Positions 46,295 to 60,279 of a stretch of DNA of 64,000 nt are shown here, piece by piece. Location of the stretch: the NCBI RefSeq assembly GCF_009914755.1, contig NC_060926.1; one strand, given 5' to 3'. The stretch is from the human T2T-CHM13v2.0 reference genome, Homo sapiens. The number at the start of each line of letters is the position of its first letter. Within the stretch, counting starts at the first letter, position 1. The notes below the pieces were generated by a model. That model searched no databases. It was not told the DNA's origin and worked only from the letters and a program-made list of their open reading frames with translations. A program made the position numbers and the translations under genes.

Positions 46295-48439
46295 CTCCAG
46301 AGGAACTACCAGAGTGGGCATGCGCTTGTTTCATATTTCAGCTTTGCTTTTTGCTATCTATCACCAGTGTCTGGATGATTCAGTAGAAGTGTAAACCCAA
46401 AATGTCCTGTCTGCAATCAACAGATAACAAACCAGCTTCACTGAGCTGCTTTAGTACTTACTAGGGCAAAGACCAAGGACAGTATCAGAGATAATAGGTA
46501 AGAGAATATGTATAGGAAGGTAATATGTGATATGGATAGCTACCATAAACATAGCTTAGCAAGGAAAGTATTTCGTAAACTGAAAAGTATTGATCCTTTG
46601 AGGTATCATGACAAGATAGATGGATTTGAACTTGGTTATATGAGCTCAAGAGTGGCAGAGAGAAGAAATCTCTTTAGATTAATAGGAACATCATTTTGAT
46701 GTCAGTGGCAGGGTATATTATGGTAATCCAGGCTATCAGCTCCTTTGTTCTTGTATTCTGTGGTTCTGCTTTAAGATAGTGGGGAAATAATGTCAAGGGT
46801 ACTCTGTTAAGGAGATCTGGCAATTAGAGACCATTTGGACAAAATGCATGCCGAATTTTTATTCACTAACTCAAAAGAACATCCTTTGTGCCAGGCCCTT
46901 CTTTAGGGCCTGAGAATACACTGAAGAATGACACATGTAAATGACACACTTAGGTTCCCTCCTAAAGCGATCTCTACATCTATCCTTCTAAAAAAGTAAA
47001 TTTCTGTCTAAAACAAACACACAAAGTAAATCTGTTTGTGACCTTTAACTTTTAGATTATTTGTTTAGTCCTATATAACTGCTGTTTTGGAGCCTACCTT
47101 TTATTTTATATCTCGTTTGCCCTCTAAAAGAATAAAAAGGCCACTGGGCTTACTCTTCTCCAGGAATTATCTTAAAGCCTATGAAAGGTCCACATCATAG
47201 CCCAACTATACTACTAGCACTGCCCTGAGAATGCAAGAAAAAGGGGTGTCTTTGGCCACAAATTTTATCTGACCTAAGTAATAATACCTTCCATTTGTCT
47301 ATAACACCTTTATCTTTTCTAAGGAGCTTACACAGTCATTTCATTTCATCCTCATACAGGATCAAGTTTCAAGGCCAAATTGTTCTGTACACTGCCAGCT
47401 GGCTCCTTGAATTGCTGGCTTTGACTTCCCAGTGTGCCACTAAATATTGAGCAGGGAAGTTAAACAGGAATCTCTTGACACCATATTTCTGCCCTAGGCA
47501 ATGGTAACTCACATTCTCCTGCAATTTATTCTTCTCATCTGTGAATAGAAAAACAACTTTTCCTCATCAGGAGAGTCCTGATTTGGACTTGGCATATCAG
47601 AATATTGGTCTGACTGGGCAACATAAGTAAATGTAAAAATGACTTTGGAAATGATTCTGTTGTAAGGAACACACTTGTCAATTTTTCCATTAGTCTATCA
47701 TTTGAAAGGAAAGCAGTGACCTGAACTTTCAACTGTCATTAGAGTAGTAAAGTCAAGCATCATGTATCACACATATTTAAGGAGCAGTTTCCTGTAACGT
47801 CTTGCAACGTGCTTGGATGCCCTGGATATGAGAAGAATAATGAGAAGGTCAAAAACTGCCAGTTGTTTTACAGAATAGTTTGAGTGAATGTCTTAAAGTT
47901 ATAAAGGTAAAATGCTACCAATTTTTTTTGTATATTTCAACTTTTAGAAGTAAAACTAATGAAAATGGAAGTAGAGATGACAGCTGAAGTACGATTTACT
48001 TTTTGCATTGCTGTATTTTAAGGACTCTCTGAATACATTAAAATGGACAGAAAGATTTTATAATGTTTCAAATGAAATAAAATATTTTCAGTATCATTTT
48101 TTCCAAAAATTAGTAATATACATGGAGATAAAATTTATTATTTCCAAAGAAGTTAATTGTTTTCTCAAGATAATTAAAACATTATTAATTTATGTTGGTG
48201 ATAGAGAATAACAATATTCAGAGTAGATGATACACATTCGAGATACAAAACAGATTTTAAAAATTAATAATTTTAAAACATAAATGGAATAGAAATAACC
48301 TTAAATGTAGAATGTATGCACAATATTTTTTAAAGTCTCACAATACAAATGCTATGAAATTCAACTAATATAAAATGTACATGCTATCTCTGCATTGGAT
48401 ATTTACTATGTAAACTCTCTAAGATGTAGTTCCCTTTAG

Positions 48440-48830
48440 GATTAAGAAATAGATCAGTGTGGGAAAACAGACTTCTCTTCTAATTCTTGGGGGGAATGTA
48501 AAGCATGATTTTGCAATCTATTTTAGCAATAAAAGTCAAGGGTTTAATAATTATCCATAATTATAATTCCTAACACCTAGGAATTATGCTTTTGAGAAGT
48601 TAATTATAAAATAATCCAAAATATAACTAGAAACTAGAAAACTTCTAAATACCCAACAACAGGGAATCTCTCTGCACATTACAGTATATATCATGTAATT
48701 TTGTAAAAAATATGATACAGCATAAAAAAATTATTTCAAAGACATATGCTTTGAAACAGAGCAAATGCTTTTGACATAATATTTATAAAAATATAGGAAA
48801 AATTGTATGAACAGTGTGACCACAAATAAA
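48440..48830 (+). mobile_element. L1ME-type 3' region fragment
   Basis: gtgggaaaacag...gggaatgtaaa...aattcc..cacctaggaatta...aaactagaaaac..ctaaatacccaacaacaggga. Confidence 0.6.
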
Positions 48831-49371
48831 ATATTTTAAGAATTAATATTTGTAATGACAATATTACGAATAAATTTTGAAAACTATCTATGTATATATC
48901 TTTTATTATTCAAGGGGTCTTATTCCCTAACCTATAAAATACTATTTAAAATCTTGGAAAACAGGTTTTTATATAAAGAAATTCTTGGAGAATTAAGCTT
49001 AGGAGTAGTGGACTGGTGTGAATGAAGGTGGCTCATTTTAGCATATGTTAAGTAAATAGACTTCTGAAGTACTGTTTTAAATCCTGTGGGATGCCCTGGG
49101 AATTGCACTTTCTTGGAGATTCTCCCATAGTGGGAAGCAATGGTTTGTAGTGGTTTTTTGTGATTGTGACTTGGCCTTCACTTATCAAAGAATGACTATC
49201 ACTTCAGAGAAATGTTCCTGGCGGGAATAGTCATTGACTATGTGATCTCCATAATGCAAGAAGAAACTGGGTTGAAGGAACTTTCTATTTGCAATACTTT
49301 CTAGATAACTGTTCTTTTGACTTTTGAACATAAAGCTCTCATCATATAGAAAAAAATTCTGATTTATTATT

Positions 49372-49683
49372 ATTATGATTTCAAGATGGAGTCTTGCTCT
49401 GTTGCCCAGGCTGGGATGCAGTGGCATGATCTTGGCTCACTGAAACCTCGGCCACCCGGGTTCAAGTGATTTTCCTGCCTCAGCCTCCAGAGTAGCTGGG
49501 ACTATAGGCATGCACCACCACACTGGCTAATTTTTGGTTTTCATTTTATTATTATTTTTTTTTAATAGAGATTAGGTTTCATTATGTTGGCCAGGCTGGT
49601 CTCGAACTCCCGACCTCAGGTTATCCACCTGCCTTGGCCTCCCAAAATGCTGGGATTAGAGGTGTGAGCCACTACGCTTGGCC
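49372..49683 (-). mobile_element. AluSx-like, full length with eroded tail
   Basis: Two monomers; exact TSD tgatttattatt at 49360-49371 and 49684-49695. Confidence 0.95.
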
Positions 49684-49959
49684 TGATTTATTATTTTAAA
49701 TGATTTATTTTATATTACTAAATGACTTACATATAAATAAAAGGCTCACTAATTTAAGCTAGTTAACATTTCCCTTATTATCTAAGTCATGATGTTTCAG
49801 GATAGGAAAAGAACCATGTGAATAGAGGAAGAAGGTAAGAAGCTGGTATCTACAAAGGACCCCGGCTGAAAACCCTTAGCTGTGTAGGTGGAGGGACATC
49901 ACAACTTTTTGATTTTTTCTTTTTAAAGTGCTATCACAGGGCATGTTAGGTTTACTATG

Positions 49960-50398
49960 ATGGAGAGCAGATTGAGTGAGAACGTTGAAAGAGATTCCAC
50001 ATCCAAATGAGGCGACTGAGGAGAGTTCACAAGGGAAACAAACAAGAGTTGGCAAAGAGCCCTAGGATTCGTAGGTGAGGAACCATTATAACCTCTAATC
50101 TTGAAGCCAAGAAGGAGTAATTGCTTGGAAATCCAAGAAAACTAAAATCATAGGAGAGGGCCACCTGACAGGAGATAGAAGCTGTGGTCTTTGATAGAGG
50201 GACATTGTTGACTGCTGAGATTGATCCAGGAGCTATTCAGTAGGATGGATAATCTGACCTCACTTTCTCTCATGCTTCTCACCGACCAACCCAAGCTGGA
50301 AGGAAAGGCAATCTGTAATCCACACAGGGTACCCTCAGGGCACAGAGCAAGATGGAGAAGGTGAAGAGTGGATCTGAAAAATGAAATGATTCAGCACA
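49960..50398 (-). mobile_element. LTR41-like (ERVL) LTR
   Basis: ggagagggccacctgacaggag..gctgtggtctttgatagagggaca; end cacagagcaagatggagaaggtgaagagtggatctg...cagcaca. Confidence 0.65.
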
Positions 50399-51122
50399 CA
50401 GGTATTCTTAGTGGGGACACTCTTTTCATTTAATCCCCGACTTTCTTGTTTAGGTTACAGCTGTAAATATGACTAAAATAATTTTTTTTTAACTAAGAAA
50501 GAGACAACAATGACAGCCTTAGCGGAGAAAGTTAAAAAGTGAAGTAGCTGGAACTTCATCTACTTCGAGAGTCCTGTGAGCAGGTTGCATCTCTATGGTT
50601 ACAAGTGAAAGAACCAGAAACTGGTGGGTTCATTTTTCACAGAGACATGGTAAGACTCTAGGGGGAGGCAGAATACCTTCAAGTCCTAGGTGACAAACAG
50701 TGACTTAAAGTTCGGGACCAGGGCCTTCTTGACCACTCTTGTGGGAACTACGTAAAGCAGTTTATGTGCTTTCATAGTCAACATGGACCCGGAGCTATAA
50801 AAGCTCACTGAGGAACACACTCATCAGTGAGACTTCACCAAGTATCTTGGACAAAAGAAGACAGAATATGGTAGAAGGAAAATATCAAAAGATATTTGAT
50901 AACTGATTTTGCCACAAAGGAACAGCAGCCAGACTATAATTCCAAATCACCTGCGTTAAAAGTGTGAGAAGAAGAGTGATGGAGAGAAGTCAGAAGTAAA
51001 GGGAGGAGTGCCCTCAGCCTAGAGATGATTTGCCCTCAATCTTAGATCTCCTACTCTGTCTTCACCAAGGGTCAAAGGGCTGGCCCAGGGCTGGATTACA
51101 CATTTTAGCCAAAGAAGAGTTG

Positions 51123-51176
51123 TAGAGGAAAGATGATGTTTGCAATAGAGGAAAGGTGATGTTTGCAATAGAGGAA
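51123..51176. repeat. 23-bp tandem duplication
   Basis: tagaggaaagRtgatgtttgcaa x2 plus a partial third copy. Confidence 0.9.
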
Positions 51177-53955
51177 GGAGGTCTACAACTTTGAAAATTG
51201 TGTTAAAAATATTTGTTTAAAATATTTTCACTCTAAATTTTCCTCTTAGCGTAGCATTGGTTGCTTTTTCAAAGTCTTTCTCTGCCTAGTTGCTAAATCT
51301 TTTAGGGCTCATATATGTCACTCTTTGGTATCTCTCAGTTAAGACATTTTGATGGGTCTAGCTGCCTAAATTCAGGTTGGTATCAATCCTTATTCCCATA
51401 ATTGATTCATGTATAATAAAATTGACCTCATTTGATAGTCAAGACTGATGAGTCTTGGGACATATGGATATGATTTTATTACCATCAATTTTAAGAATTA
51501 AAGTTTGGGCAACATGAGAGTCCAAAAATGGGTTTAGCATGCTAAATCCTTAACCAATTTCTATAAAACACTTTGTAAATTCAAGTGTTATTACTTTAGT
51601 TTGAATGTGGTCATTCACAGTACACACTATATTAATTTTTTCAGAGGAGGAAAAGAAAGGAAATAGGGCTGTACATTTTTTACATTTTCTACACACTATC
51701 AAGGAATACAATAGAAATAGAAAGCAGGGTGACACTACTTGAAAAAATAGCCACTATTTTAGATTTATCATATCTTTGATGCCGATTCACATTCATATTC
51801 AAGATTTCTCAGTCACCTTTCTCATTGTTCTGAGAAGCCAGGGAGAAAATGAAGAAAATGAATGATGAGGCAAGAGCTGGTGAAATTGGGTTTCTGAAAT
51901 TCTCTTCATTAATGGGTAAATACATCTTTCTCTTATCGCAGGAAAATATATCAGCAGCTAGGTTTGAGTGCTTGAAATGTAGGAGGAGATCTATTTAACA
52001 CATTGCTGGGAGGCATCCACTGAACAATCCAGATGCTGGGTGATGCTATTCTCACAATCTAATAAATGGCAGAAAATGCTTGGCATTACTGCTGTATGAA
52101 TCCATCAACTCTGTGGTATCTTGATCCTTATTTTGGAAAGGGAGTAATTAAGTTTTTAATATCATATAGATTTTATACACTTTTTTGAAATAAATATATT
52201 AATTCCTATACTATCACCATAATGGAATAGTTTATTCTTTTTTCCTTTTCCATAGGTTCAACTGAGTTAATCATTTTCTAATGTTCACTCTGACACAATA
52301 CACATTGTAAAACTGCTGATTATTTTCAAATTGGATATGACAGCGTAACAAGAGTAGAAGAGAAACATCTGGACTTTATGAAATAGTTGGTTATGGGAAA
52401 ATGTAATTTATTTTAAATAATACATACAAAGCATTGATCTATAATGGGATTAATTTGGACCAAATTAATAATTTTTAAAAGTAATTTTAAAAAACTACAT
52501 GAAGGGAAAAACAAAGACAAAGACAAAGAGACTTTATTAATGTTAGGTTTATTAGTGAATATCATTCTCAAATTACAAAAAGTTAAAGTTTCACAGTCCA
52601 AATATATATTGATAGCTGGATCAGTATATCTTCCATCTGAATGAAGAGAAATAGTGCATAAAGGAAATGGAGCATAGGCTCCACTTTGTAGTTTTGTGTA
52701 TAGGAGCACATTTGGAAGCATAATTTAGCTTACTAATTCTAGAGGCTATGTTTTCAAATGTATTTGGGAGCAAGGAAATACTAGCTCCCTAAATTTGAAG
52801 ACCTCAAAAGACAAAAAAATAGCTAATATGCTATTTTTTAATGTATTTTTAATGTATTTTTTATGATGATGTAAAGTCCTCTGAATATATATCTAATTTT
52901 TTAAAAAAATATTGTTATCTAAGGATCCTCCAGCCACTCTGTCTTAAATTAAAAAATCAAATTCTTACCATTGAGGCAGGTTTTATACCTGGCATACATA
53001 GAGATACTGCCAAAATATTACTGATCATTTTTGCCTATTCAATTTTTCTCTTCTCCAAGTTTTCAGAAAATATTGAGCATCATGTCTATACTGCCAAATT
53101 TCTTTTTGATGTGGGATGTGTGTGTGTGTGCATGTGCACACATGTGTTATACATGGTAAGTTCTACTCTCTCTCAGGCCTGTACTTGCTCCCTTTCTCTG
53201 GCTTATCAAGAGAATGTGTAGCAGCAATACAAAATAATCTTAAAGAACAGATTTTTCTGTCTCCTATAAGGTTCAGGAAAAGGGATAAGGAAAATCCTAA
53301 TATTTTAGTAAACTTTGGGACCCTCTGAATGTTAAGAATCAATGATAAAACTGAGATGTGGAAAAATAAATTTCATCCAGGCATCTTAGGGACTCTGTGA
53401 ACATAGCCTTTGTCAGCCCCTCTGTCTCTGCTTCTTTCTGTTCAAATAATTTGCAAAAACAGAAAGATTTGGAAAATCTGTATTTTTTTATACCTAAAAA
53501 GTGAGAAAATTTATCTGCTATAATCTAATTTATTTTCCCCCAATGTAGCCGAGTCTCTAAATGTGTGTGAACAAATTAATTGTTTGTGTATTTTAATATG
53601 AGTTATTAGAAAATTTGTGATAGGCTTGAAAAAACGTTTTGCAAATCTTTGCCTAATAGCCACCTCAAACATGTAAAAAGGGTGGCAACTGAAAAAGAAG
53701 GCCATAAGAGAAAATATATATAGATAAAATTGCTGAGGTGTGCAATTTTTTCTTTTGTCCCCTCAAGTAAAGTGGGAGAAATTATAGGGGACAACTCAGA
53801 AAACCTGAGATATATATCTATCTATCTCCTGGTGCTTGCAGGAAATAGAATCTTAGTTTTTAGAGTGTCCTGGGAAGTTTCAATGTATGATGCATAGGCT
53901 GTGGCTAACCATAGAGAATAGTGGAGAGACACAGAGAAAATTTGGCCTATACTGA

Positions 53956-54341
53956 TGTTATGGACTGAATTTTGTTTCCTTAAAACTTATATGTTGAAGT
54001 CCTATCCCCCAGTTTCTTATAATGTGACTGTATTTAGAGACAGGGTCCTAAAAAAGAAGGAATTAAGGTCAAATGATATTATTAGAGTAGGCCCTAATTC
54101 CATATGATTGGTATCCTTGTAAAAAGAGATTGGGACACAGAAACACAAAGGGTAAAGACCATGTGAAGACACGGGGAAAATGGTCATCTACAAGCCAGGG
54201 AAAGAGGCCTCAGAACAAACCCACACTGCCAACACATTGATCAGGGAGTTACAACCTCTAGAATTGTGAAGCATGAATTTCTGTTGTTTAAGCCATCCAA
54301 TCTGTGGTACATTGTTATTGAATCCCCAAAGTACTAATATA
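53956..54341 (+). mobile_element. MLT1B solo LTR
   Basis: tgttatggactgaatt...aatgtgactgtatttagagacagggtc...gaccatgtgaagacac...tttctgttgtttaagcca...ctaatata. Confidence 0.92.
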
Positions 54342-54898
54342 TAAGTGAGAACTGGCTAAATTCTGACTTCATATATGGGAAAATTATATGTGGATATTTT
54401 TCGTGGACCAATATGGGCCCCATAGAAGAGAGCAGACTTGGTGACATTTTAAATCCTGTCAATGAATAATCACTGAAGGGTCACTGCAACCCAGCAAAGG
54501 AGGTACGCTGAGAAATATCCAGGGGCTGAAGGATGAAATTAATCCTCTTCATGACATGTTAATGCAGAAGGGACAGTCTCAGCAAAATCCTGGAGAAGCA
54601 GAAACTATTCCCATGAGAGAAAGAACTAGCTTAGAAAATCTACCAAACTCAGAGGAGGCCAAAGTGAGATGACACCAGTACCCAGCAAGCAATATATTTC
54701 CTGTAACTTACCTTGCCTCATTTTCCCAACACATCCTAAAACACTGAAGAAGTCAAAGCCACAGTTTGAAAGGTGGTGGAGAGGCGGAAGAAAAAGTTCA
54801 TTTCTGACCTAAAACATTACCAAGAGGAAAAGGGAAAAGAATCTTAACTTCACAGTTTGAAGATCTTGTCATTAATTTGAATTGAATATTTTACCTAT

Positions 54899-57292
54899 CA
54901 TGGCAGTCTGTTATTGTGTTGCTAAAAAGAAAGATGTAAGGCTGGGTAATTTATGAAGAAAAAAGATGGAATTGGGTCACAGTTCTGCAGGCTGTACAAG
55001 AAGCATGGCACCAACATCTGGTCAGACTCTGGTAAGGGCCTCAGGATGCCTACAGTCATGGTGGAAGATACAGGAGGAAACTGGTGGTATCACATGGTGA
55101 GAGATGGAGCAAGACAGAGAAGGGGGTGGTGCCAGACTCTTTTAAACAACCAGATCTTGTGTGAACTGACTGACCAAGAACTCACTCATCATCAAGGCGA
55201 TGGTGCTAAATCATTCATGAGCAATCCATCCACATGATACAATCATCTCACACCAGGCCCATCTCCAACATTGGGAATTACATTTGAACAACTAAATCAT
55301 ATCATTCTTCCCCTTGCCCCCCACATCTCATGCCTTTCTCACATTTCAAAATATAATCATGCCTTTGCAATAGTCCTGAAAAGTCTTAATTCATTCCAGC
55401 ATTAACTCAAAAGTCCCAAACTCCTAGTCCCAAGTTGAAAGTCTCATGTGAAGATGAATTCCTTCCACCTGTGAGATCAAAAACTAATTATTTACTCCCA
55501 AGATACAATGGTGTTACAGGCATTTGGTATACATTCTCATTTTCAAAAAGATAAATCAGCCAAAAGAAAGGGGCTACAGGCCCCATGCAGTCTGAAACCC
55601 AGAGGGCAGTCATTAAATCCTAAAGATTTAAGATAATCCCCTTTGACTCCATGCCCTGCATCCAGGGCACACTGTTGTAAGGGGTGGGCTTCCAAGGCCT
55701 TGGGCAGCTCTGCCCCTATGGCTTTGCAGGGCGCAGCTACATGGCTGCCTCCATGGAATGGAACTGAGTGTCTGTGGCTTTTCTCAGATCAGGATGCAAG
55801 CTGCCCGTGGTTCTACCATCTTGGGGTCTGGAGGGCAGCAGCCTCCTTCCCTCAGCTCCACTAGGCAATGCCCTAGTGGGGACTCCGTTTGGGGGTCCAA
55901 CCCCACATTTCCCCTCTGCACTGCCCTAGTAGAGGTTCTCTGTGAGGGCTCTGCCCCTGCAACAAGCTTGTGCTTGGGCATCTAGGCTTTCTCATACATC
56001 CTCTGAAATCTAGGTAGAAGCCAAAAAGCTTCCTTTATACTTACATTCTGGGCACCTGCAGACTTAAAACCAGGTAGATGCCACCAAGGTTTATGACTTG
56101 AACTCTCTGGAACAGTGCTTTGAGTGGGGATCTGGGCCTGGCCCCTGAAACCATTATTTCCTTCTATCCCTCTGGGCCTGTGATGGAGAGGTTATTTTCA
56201 AGATCTCTGAAATGCTTTCAAAGCCTTTTTCCCACTGTCTTGGATATTAGCATATGGCTCCCTTTTAGTCATTCTAACCTCTCTAGCAAATGGTTGCTCT
56301 GCAGCCTGCTTGGATTCTTTCTCTGTTACATGACCAGGCCACAAATTTTCCAAACTTTTATTCTCCATTTCCCTTTTAAATATAAATTCCAACTTTTAAG
56401 TCATTTCTTTGCTCTCATCTGATCATAGGCTATTAGAAGCAGTCATACTAATTCTTGAATGCTTTGCTTCTTAGAAATTTCTTCCACTAGACACCCTAAA
56501 TCATCACTCTTAAGTTCAAACATCTGCAGATCCCTATTACCTGGACTTAATGCAGCCAAGTTTTTTGCTAGTGCATAACAGATGTGACCTTTACTCTGGT
56601 TCCCAGCAAGTTCCTTATTTCCATCGGAAACCTCATCATCCTGGCCTTCACTGTCCACATCTCTTATCAGCTATCTTGGTTACAACCATGTAACCAATCT
56701 CTACAAAGTTCCAAACTTTCCCTCATCTTCTTCTCTTCTTCTGAGCCCACCAAATTCTTCAAACTTCTGCCCACTACCCAGTTCCAAAGCCACTTCTACA
56801 TCTTCAGGTATCTTTGTTGCAGCACTCTACTCCTCAGTATCAATTTTATGTGTTAGTCTTTTCTTGCACTGCTATAAAGAAATACCTGAAGCTCAGTAAT
56901 TTCTAAAAAAAAAAGTTTAAATAGCTTATGGTTCTGCAGGCTGTACAAGCATGACACCAACATTTGCTTGGCTTCTAGTGAGGGCCTAAGGAAGCTTACA
57001 ATCATGGTGAAAGGCAAAGGGGAAAGCTACAGTATCACATGGTGAGGTGAGAGAGGGAGCAAGAAAAAGAAAGAGGAGGTACCAGACTCTTTGAAAAAAA
57101 AAAAACAAAAAAAAAAAACAGATGTCATGTGAACTAACTGAGAACTCACTCATCACCAAGCAGATGATGCTAAGCCATTCGTGAGGGTTCCACCCCCATG
57201 ATCCAATCACCTCCCACCAGGTCCCATTTCCAACCCTGGGAATAACATCTTGACATGAGATTTTTGAGGGGACAAACATCCAAACCATATCA
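54899..57292 (-). mobile_element. Complete MSTB-like MaLR provirus (3' LTR 54899-55304, internal 55305-56848, 5' LTR 56849-57292)
   Basis: Two homologous LTRs around MST-int; exact 5-bp TSD cctat at 54894-54898 and 57293-57297. Confidence 0.94.
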
Positions 57293-57531
57293 CCTATTGA
57301 ACCACTTGGGAAAATAAAGACGATCAACAGTCTATTATTATATAGAAGTGACTTAAAACGTGATGGAACCAGAACAACATCTCATCCACAGGCAAAGAAA
57401 TGGGTGAAAATAAAATACTTTCTGCTTTCCCTCTATGGAGTCCTGTGTATGCAATGTTAATGTTATGTTAAGTGCCTATTTTGACGAAAGGCAATGCTGA
57501 AGATGATACAGTGTCCCCAGTAAGTACTTAG

Positions 57532-57998
57532 TGTAAGGGAGGCAAAACTTTATTTCTATCAGGATTTTCAGCTAGGCCTGAGAATTAAATTGGCGTAAGA
57601 TAGGTTAACAGGAGAAAGGCATACAAATGTTATGTACATTTTACAGGACACAGGAGCCCTCATAAGAAAATAAAGACACAAAGAATTGACAAAACCTAAA
57701 TTTCATATGGGGTTAAAGTAACAAAACTGTGTGAGGAGACATAAAAAAGTTAAGAATTATTTTAACAAGGTCAGTTTGTGCAGAATTTTCTCGGCTATGA
57801 CATGCCTTGGAAGAATTATTTTTTTCTCCTGGTACTGGGAGGGTGTCTTCCACAAAGGAGCTTTTATCTCCTGTTTTCAGTAAGAAAAGGGAGACTAAAA
57901 TGCTCTTCTTGGATTTGCTGTTGTTCAAGTGTCTTTATCTCAAATGAATCCTTTGTCAAAGTGGCATGCTTTAGGGTGGTATATTCTGCCACCCTTCA
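57532..57998 (-). mobile_element. MER34-family (ERV1) solo LTR
   Basis: Ends caaagtggcatgctttagggtggtatattctgccacccttca, the reverse of the MER34 start; flanks ttag/ttaa. Confidence 0.85.
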
Positions 57999-58029
57999 TT
58001 AAGAAATTCTTGAGAACTGACAGGAGCTA

Positions 58030-58200
58030 CTAGGCTCTTTCAAATATATCATGCCATTTAATCCTCTTAGAAGTCCGGCAAAATCTCCATTTTATAGTAA
58101 TATACATTCAAGGTGACATCTTAATTTCCTGCAACATGTAAAAGAAGAACATGGACTTTGATCCCTGGTATAACTGCCACATAGTCCAGACTTTCAACCA
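58030..58200 (-). mobile_element. MIR fragment
   Basis: catttaatcctc...tctccattttatag, a degenerate reverse MIR. Confidence 0.5.
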
Positions 58201-59006
58201 TGCCAGATGGTATTCAGTATTACCCTCTACCACTTGGTAATGTCTCAATTGGCATTTTTAAAAAGAAAATAATATAAAATTTCTTCCTGATGAAGGATAT
58301 TTATCAAAACTTTAACAATTACCCATAATTTGACTACTTTAATTAAGTCAGAAATTTTAATGATACACCTATGTTTATTTAGCAATATGCCACCCATTGT
58401 AATTTATTTAAATAATAGAGCACTACTTTTAGCTTCAAAGGCCTCACAGGATAGTAGAGGAATTTTATGATGAGAAATATGTAAGTAACAGCTTGGATCA
58501 TCCCTAAAACACTTCTTTGAGGAGTAGGCATGTGTACTAAGACAAGAAAACTTTGAAACTGGTTAGGAAAGCATGGAATACTTACCAAAGCACCTGACAA
58601 AAGACAGGATAGATATTAGAAAGTCTAGATATTTGAAGATGTTGGAAAGTATATAAAAAGGAGAACTAATGGGTTTATTGGACATTGTAAATATCTCAAG
58701 GACTTATATTTGAAATAGAATACAGTTCTTGTGCTTTTCAGAGGATCATTTTCTGTTGAATTAATATATGGTTTAGGGTTAGAAAAGTAATTTCATCTTT
58801 GACCTCTTTCCCTTATCTTCTTCAGTTTCCAAAGCTGTAAAATCAGGTCATATACATGTGAAATATTGCCAAACACATATCTATTTGCATTCTAATAATA
58901 TTGAGGCTGAAAAAGTACTATAAATGCTATTGTATAGCAGTATAACAAATGTCTATTAATTTCTTTCAAAATTGTATTTCCTAAATTGTGTTCTGAGAAA
59001 TTATAT

Positions 59007-59415
59007 TGGTATAGTTTGTGTATTTGTCCACACCCAAATCTCAGGTTGAATTGAAATCTCCAGTGCTGGAGGTGGGCCCTGGTGGGAGGTGTTTGGATCA
59101 TGGCAGTGGATCCCTCATGGCTTGGTGCCATCTTTATGATAGTGAGTTCTTGTGATATTTGGTCATTTAAAACTGTGTGGCACCTCCTCTCCACTATTTC
59201 TTTCTTGCTTCAGCTTTCACCATGTGACATGCCTGCTTCCCTCTTCATCTCCCACCTTGAGTAAAAGCTTCCTGAGGCCTCCCCAGAAGCTAAGTGATGT
59301 TTGTGTTATGCTTCCTACACTACCTGCAGAATCATGAGCCAATTAAACTTCTTTTCTTTACAAATTACCTAGTCTCAGGTATTTCCTTATAGCCATGCAA
59401 GAATGAACTAATACA
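59007..59415 (+). mobile_element. MSTA-like solo LTR
   Basis: tggtatagtttg...cccaaatctcaggttgaattg...gagccaattaaac...ctaataca. Confidence 0.92.
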
Positions 59416-60049
59416 CCTATGTACTTATAAAGGCTAAAAAGTTTTATGTACCAAAAATGCACTAAAAGATTTTAGGGTCAATAATTTGGGAAAAACTGAA
59501 TTAATCAAAATTAAACAATTGCATTTATTACAGAACATTTTAGAGTACTTAACATACTAATGTGAACTGTGAAGTTTCAAGAGAGGATGCCCTATGCAGC
59601 TTTTCTAAATATAATTTGAGCATGGAAAAGGTTTTTGTAAGAACTTTCGACATCATAAGGGATAAATAAATGTAGCTTGAGTCAGAGTATTTAAAACAAT
59701 ATGTCAATGTGGAAACAAAAAAGTACATAAATGTGGAAACATCTGAACTATTGAGTATATTAACTAAAGTGATAGTCTTACATTCCATAAATTATAAAGT
59801 ACTTCACTAAATGAAATAAAATATCACTATCATGACACAACCTCTGCTGAGGGTCCACGCCAAATTATTTGGAGATCTTTGGGGCTACGATGGCTGATAA
59901 TATCATGATGCCCAAGCTGAAATGAATCAGTTGTGAAATTCATAATACTTTTTTCAGTTTTTAATAATTAAAATAGAATTTAACATATGTAGACTATTGC
60001 TCAATAATTTTAATAATTATAACATATCACTCTTTGCAAAACTATCACG

Positions 60050-60279
60050 ACAGTGAAGGTAATGAGATAAGTGAGACATTTATCTTATATGCAAAATTTA
60101 AGAGCATGCCAAACCTCAGTAACCAAGATAAATCTTATTTTAATGCAACATTTAAAAAAATCAAAAATAATCCAAAAAATCTGTGGTGGACAAAATATCA
60201 AAAATTGTAGTAAAGATAATTCCAGCATTACTGAATTTTCCTTTTGCCTTGGGCTTCAGTATGGTTCCTTGGTCCACTG
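60050..60279. mobile_element. hAT-Tip100 (Zaphod/MER115-like) non-autonomous DNA transposon
   Basis: gcaaaatttaag...ctcagtaaccaagataaat..tattttaatgcaa...attactgaattttccttttgcc. Confidence 0.6.

Larger units (their letters stand above)
53780..57470 (+). mobile_element. Candidate ancient (MamGyp/LTR8x-like) solo LTR split by MLT1B and MSTB insertions
   Basis: Purine-rich pieces 53780-53955, 54342-54898 and 57293-57470 join across the nested elements; 3' part gtgacttaaaacgtgatggaacc...aataaaatactttctgcttt resembles Gypsy-type mammalian LTRs. Confidence 0.3.
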
